From positions 672,001 through 736,000 of the forward strand of contig CAVUZH010000013.1 in assembly GCA_963745835.1 (NCBI GenBank): 64,000 bases of DNA, given 5' to 3'. Below the pieces are notes generated by a model. It worked only from the letters and a program-made list of their open reading frames with translations. It was not told the DNA's origin and ran no database searches. Made by a program: the position numbers and the translations under genes. Source of the DNA: an uncultured delta proteobacterium (GTDB taxonomy: Bacteria > Desulfobacterota > Binatia > UBA9968). Positions 60,333 through 64,000 of this stretch are shown piece after piece; the stretch's first letter is position 1; each line of letters opens with the position of its first letter.

Positions 60333-61217
60333 TTAGTCGACCAAAGAACAACGCGGCTCAAAACGCAACAACCTCTTCGCCTTGTCGATACTGTATCCGC
60401 TGTCGCGATCATCCAGTCCGCTGCGCAGATCTGTTACCTGAGGCAAGTAGCGTGCGACTAACTCGCGTGTGGGTGTGTCCATGATGGTCGAAAATGCGCA
60501 GATGTTAAAACGTTCATGGCCGCCGAACTCGGCTTCGAGAGCCAGCCGGCAGGCACGCGCCGCGTCGCGCGCGTCGATATAGCTCCACAGCGCGCCCGTT
60601 CCTCGTGCGAGTGGATTTTTCTTGCGGTCGAGCAACATCGAGCGCTGCGCCTCCGTATAGATTCCGGCAAATCTAAGACTTGCGACTTGCGCGGCGGTCT
60701 TCTGGCTCAAGGCATCACAAAGTTTTTCGCCTATGAGCTTGGTCATGCCGTAAGGATCTTGCGGCCGCAACGGATGGTCTTCATCGATCGGGAGATAAGC
60801 AGGCTGCAGCTTAGTGGAAGGATAGTAAAACCCATACACGGCCAGGCTCGATCCGCAGACGACTTTCTTGACGGCGCACGCTTGCGCTGCAGCCAGAACA
60901 TTATTCGTCATCGCGACATTGCGATTGAAACGGCCCGCATCCCCTAAGATGTCGGCGAACTCCCACTTCTGCTCGGCCACGTCGTAGCCATTCTCCGTAT
61001 AAGGAAAACGCGCCCGGGCAAGATGCACCACTGCATTGGCATTGTTAAAATGTTCGACGAAAGAGTCGATCTTCATCAGATCGACGGTGTAGGTCGGGCA
61101 TAAACACTCGCGCGGTTTTATCGCGTCCAGGGCGGCCACCGCATGGTTATGGGTAAACAGTTCCCGAACAACGTACTGCCCCAACCGGCCGGAACCTCCT
61201 GTGATGACGACCCGCAT
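60333..61217 (-). CDS. NAD-dependent epimerase/dehydratase (extended SDR)
   Basis: TGGSGRLG; PQDPYGMTK; paralog of 54400..55251. Confidence 0.92.
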   Translation of the reverse strand: MRVVITGGSGRLGQYVVRELFTHNHAVAALDAIKPRECLCPTYTVDLMKIDSFVEHFNNANAVVHLARARFPYTENGYDVAEQKWEFADILGDAGRFNRNVAMTNNVLAAAQACAVKKVVCGSSLAVYGFYYPSTKLQPAYLPIDEDHPLRPQDPYGMTKLIGEKLCDALSQKTAAQVASLRFAGIYTEAQRSMLLDRKKNPLARGTGALWSYIDARDAARACRLALEAEFGGHERFNICAFSTIMDTPTRELVARYLPQVTDLRSGLDDRDSGYSIDKAKRLLRFEPRCSLVD

Positions 61218-61220
61218 GAA

Positions 61221-62210
61221 TTAACGATCCAACGTTTTGAACCAGCCGCTTTGTTCGAGATCTTTCAACAGACTATTATCGACGAAGTCGCCGGCTTTGG
61301 CTTCACGCGCTTCTTTTCCCGGCGTGCGTTTGAGAATCTCATCCACGCCTTCCGTGCGCACGTAAGGGATGCGATCGCCGCTGTAGCGCACGCCGTAAGT
61401 GTGATGGAGTTGGGCCAAGGTTTCGCTGTCGCTGACTTTGGTATACTTGGATAGAACTTTCATACTGAACTCTTTATCATTGCGCAGCCGATTGAGACCT
61501 TGGCTGAAACCTCGCATAAAGCGCAATGCGCTATCCCGATTTCCTTTGATGAACGATTGTGTCGTCGAGACAGGTGTGTTGGGGAAAACAATTTTCAATT
61601 GGCCGACATCGACCAGTTCGTGCATGCCGGCTTTCGCCGCTCTGAAATTGCTGGGCGGCGAGAGCACCACAGCATCCAAGACGCCTGCGATCAGACCAGC
61701 CAACCCTTCAGGCATGCCCCCGGTTTGAATCACAGTAATCTCGCGCCGCTCCAGCCCCCACTGCTTCAATCCCGCGTCGAGCGCCCAGTCGGTAGAGCCG
61801 CCAAGGCGGGTCACACCGACTTTTTTACCTTTGAGATTTGCCGGCTGTTTGATTTCCGGCCGGGACATGATCGAGAACACCAAAGAATTACCGGTGTTGC
61901 CGACTAGAACGAGATCGGCGCCGCGAAGTGAAGCATTGATCACCGGCACTGAAGGTCCATACGCAAATGGCACATCGCCGCTGATCATCGATTGGATCAA
62001 CAGCGAGCCGCCGCCGATATAAAGCAACTCGACATCCAGCCCCTCGCGTTTAAAGTAGCCCCCTTCTTGCGCTACCCAGAGAGACGACATAGCGCCGCTG
62101 ATGGCGCTGTAGGCGACCCGCAGCGGCGCGGCTTCGACGGCGCTGGCAAGCGGAAGGATCCCGAGAAACAGTGACATCAGAAAAGGCAAGAGTGTTGCCG
62201 GAAGTTTCAA
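61221..62210 (-). CDS. ABC-type substrate-binding protein (NMT1/SsuA-like)
   Basis: Signal peptide; WVAQEGGYFKREGLDVE; LKGKKVGVTRLGGSTD. Confidence 0.9.
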   Translation of the reverse strand: MKLPATLLPFLMSLFLGILPLASAVEAAPLRVAYSAISGAMSSLWVAQEGGYFKREGLDVELLYIGGGSLLIQSMISGDVPFAYGPSVPVINASLRGADLVLVGNTGNSLVFSIMSRPEIKQPANLKGKKVGVTRLGGSTDWALDAGLKQWGLERREITVIQTGGMPEGLAGLIAGVLDAVVLSPPSNFRAAKAGMHELVDVGQLKIVFPNTPVSTTQSFIKGNRDSALRFMRGFSQGLNRLRNDKEFSMKVLSKYTKVSDSETLAQLHHTYGVRYSGDRIPYVRTEGVDEILKRTPGKEAREAKAGDFVDNSLLKDLEQSGWFKTLDR

Positions 62211-62212
62211 GA

Positions 62213-63445
62213 TTAAAACACTCCTTTGGCTCTAATACCGGTAAACGAGTCGATATCGATCACCTTGGCGGATTCTTCGAGTAGAGGAACCCCTTTCGGA
62301 ACTCCTCCTTCTTGTATCGTCTCAATCGCCCCGAGAATGATCTTTCGCAGCAGGATGACGCCCTTGTCCGAAGTTCCAAGCTGCTCTTTACGCTCGGCGA
62401 TGGTTCCCTGCGTTGACTGGCTCATAATGTCTTCGCTGCGGACGCTGCCGCGAAAAGGCGAGTACCGGCGCTGGTCGTATTCCTTCTTTTGGATTTTCGG
62501 CGCAATGCGCCGGCTCGGCTCAAGCTTCTGAAAAAATTCCCGATCGGGCCCGGTGTAATGATTGACGGTGAACAGCGTAAAATGATCATCGTCGCTGGGC
62601 GTCACAAACATAAAATGCGCGTTGTACGAGCCTGCAGCCAGCGCCTCTTTCGGTTTTTCAAAATGGGTAAATTCGGTATCGCCGATTTGCAAAATACTCG
62701 GCAGAGCAAAGCTCTTCTCATCGACGTACTCAGTATCGGCAGTGGGTCCTGGTTTGCGCGAGATCACTTTCATGCCGTAGGAAGTTTCCACCGCGTCAAA
62801 GGACGGAATGTCTTTGAAATTAAAAAACCAGCTGCGCCAGGTGCCGTCGTCGGGATCCGCGCGATGGAGGATCGAAAAGTGCGCCGGGTCGGCGCCATTC
62901 TCGATGAAATTGAACCAATTGTAATCATACTGGCGGGTTGCTTCTAACGATCTCTGCCCATTTGGATCGACCAAAGCTTTATACTGCGGCAATGGCGGCG
63001 GGCTCTCCTGATCGGGACCCATATAGGCGAAAATCAATCCACCGAGTTCTGCAACGGGATAGGAGAGATGCTTTACTTTGCGGCAAAAAATACTTCCCAT
63101 AGGTTCCGCCGGTTGCTCCAAGCACTGACCGGAGACATCGAACAACCACCCATGATACGGGCAGCGAATCCCGCCGTTCTCGATATCGCCATATTCTAGA
63201 GAGCTGCCCCGGTGCGGGCAGTGAAGGCCAAGTAACCCAATCCTGCGGCGGTCGTCGCGAAATAAAACTAATTCCTCACCCAGCACTCTAATGGCTCGAG
63301 GGATGTCCCGCAGCTCACCGGCTACGCCAACGGCCAGCCAATAACGGCGGAACCAATCGCCCGCAGGAGTGCCGCGGCCGACGCGGCACAGATCGCTCAA
63401 AAAAACCTTTCGGGCTTTCTTCGTTATGTCCTGTGTCATCGTCAT
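62213..63445 (-). CDS. Rieske non-heme iron oxygenase alpha subunit (phthalate 4,5-dioxygenase-like)
   Basis: CPHRG...CPYHGW; ENGADPAHFSILH; SEDIM..STQG; SDKGV. Confidence 0.92.
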   Translation of the reverse strand: MTMTQDITKKARKVFLSDLCRVGRGTPAGDWFRRYWLAVGVAGELRDIPRAIRVLGEELVLFRDDRRRIGLLGLHCPHRGSSLEYGDIENGGIRCPYHGWLFDVSGQCLEQPAEPMGSIFCRKVKHLSYPVAELGGLIFAYMGPDQESPPPLPQYKALVDPNGQRSLEATRQYDYNWFNFIENGADPAHFSILHRADPDDGTWRSWFFNFKDIPSFDAVETSYGMKVISRKPGPTADTEYVDEKSFALPSILQIGDTEFTHFEKPKEALAAGSYNAHFMFVTPSDDDHFTLFTVNHYTGPDREFFQKLEPSRRIAPKIQKKEYDQRRYSPFRGSVRSEDIMSQSTQGTIAERKEQLGTSDKGVILLRKIILGAIETIQEGGVPKGVPLLEESAKVIDIDSFTGIRAKGVF

Positions 63446-63528
63446 CTATGGTGATCCTATCGAGCCATTTAAAGTCATGTCAATCTTAATTTACTTAATG
63501 ATTGGTTTCATTTTTCTAAAGTATTCCT

Positions 63529-63800
63529 ATGGAGACCACGCAACTAAATAGTTTTTGTTGGATCGTGAAGAGCGGTTCCCTCAAAGATGCCGCCAAGCGC
63601 TGTTTCTCACTCCTTCCGCCCTATCCCTGCAGATCAAGGCACTCGAACAGGAGCTCGCCTTGAAGCTTTTCGTCATAAGGGACGCAAACTGGAGCTCACG
63701 CCGCAGGGTGAGATTTTCTACGTCGGAGTTAGAAAGGTGCTCAATCGGTTGAGGAGGCAAAGGAAAAATCCAAAAATCATGCGGCCGATTTCAGCGGGAA
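63529..63800 (+). pseudogene. LysR-family regulator, HTH remnant (frameshifted/truncated)
   Basis: METTQLNSF...SGSLKDAA..LFLTPSALSLQIKALEQEL.LKLF.RHKGRKLELTPQGE across three frames; divergent from the Rieske gene. Confidence 0.75.
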
Positions 63801-64000
63801 AATCTCTCTGGCGGCGCTGTCGCTGCTCCTCGGTACGAAACGTGCTGACCAGGCGAACTCGTGACCCCGTCGGGCTGAGACGAAGACATCGAGAGTTTAC
63901 ATACGTCAAGAAACAATGAGACTAGAAATCTAGTTGTAGCCCAGTCGATCGTCAAATTTGCCACAACGCAAGCGCACGCAGCTGCTTGATTGGAGATTCT

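Overview
Bacterial chromosomal window of moderately high GC. The abundant orphan NMT1/SsuA-like and TctC binding proteins, ComDE-like, UbiD and Rieske paralogs suggest a Candidatus Binatia-like deltaproteobacterium; this is inference only. Four zones. (1) 1-9 kb: accessory genes (CopD-like, Hsp20, hybrid PAS histidine kinase, two paralogous secreted proteins) plus gene remnants (rlpA, S1/P1 nuclease, RAYT). (2) 9-24 kb: five co-oriented copies of a ~735-bp RAYT (Y1 HUH transposase) element with ~20-bp terminal inverted repeats, separating four 2-4 kb cargo blocks. One block carries a canonical GAPDH translationally coupled to a GAPDH paralog lacking the catalytic Cys. (3) 24-35.3 kb: defence island (type I RM hsdR/M/S, GxxExxY, DUF1016, TIGR04141/DUF6119, an unknown gene, Shedu), followed by two single-gene segments delimited by a 36-bp palindrome. 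(4) 38.5-63.5 kb: a co-oriented catabolic cluster with 4 alpha and 3 beta ComDE-like ThDP subunits, two Rieske/SDR/UbiD modules, an orphan Mo-hydroxylase large subunit, an HDO diiron enzyme, an aldolase and many binding proteins. Many single-base frameshifts look like long-read consensus errors. No rRNA, tRNA or CRISPR array was seen.
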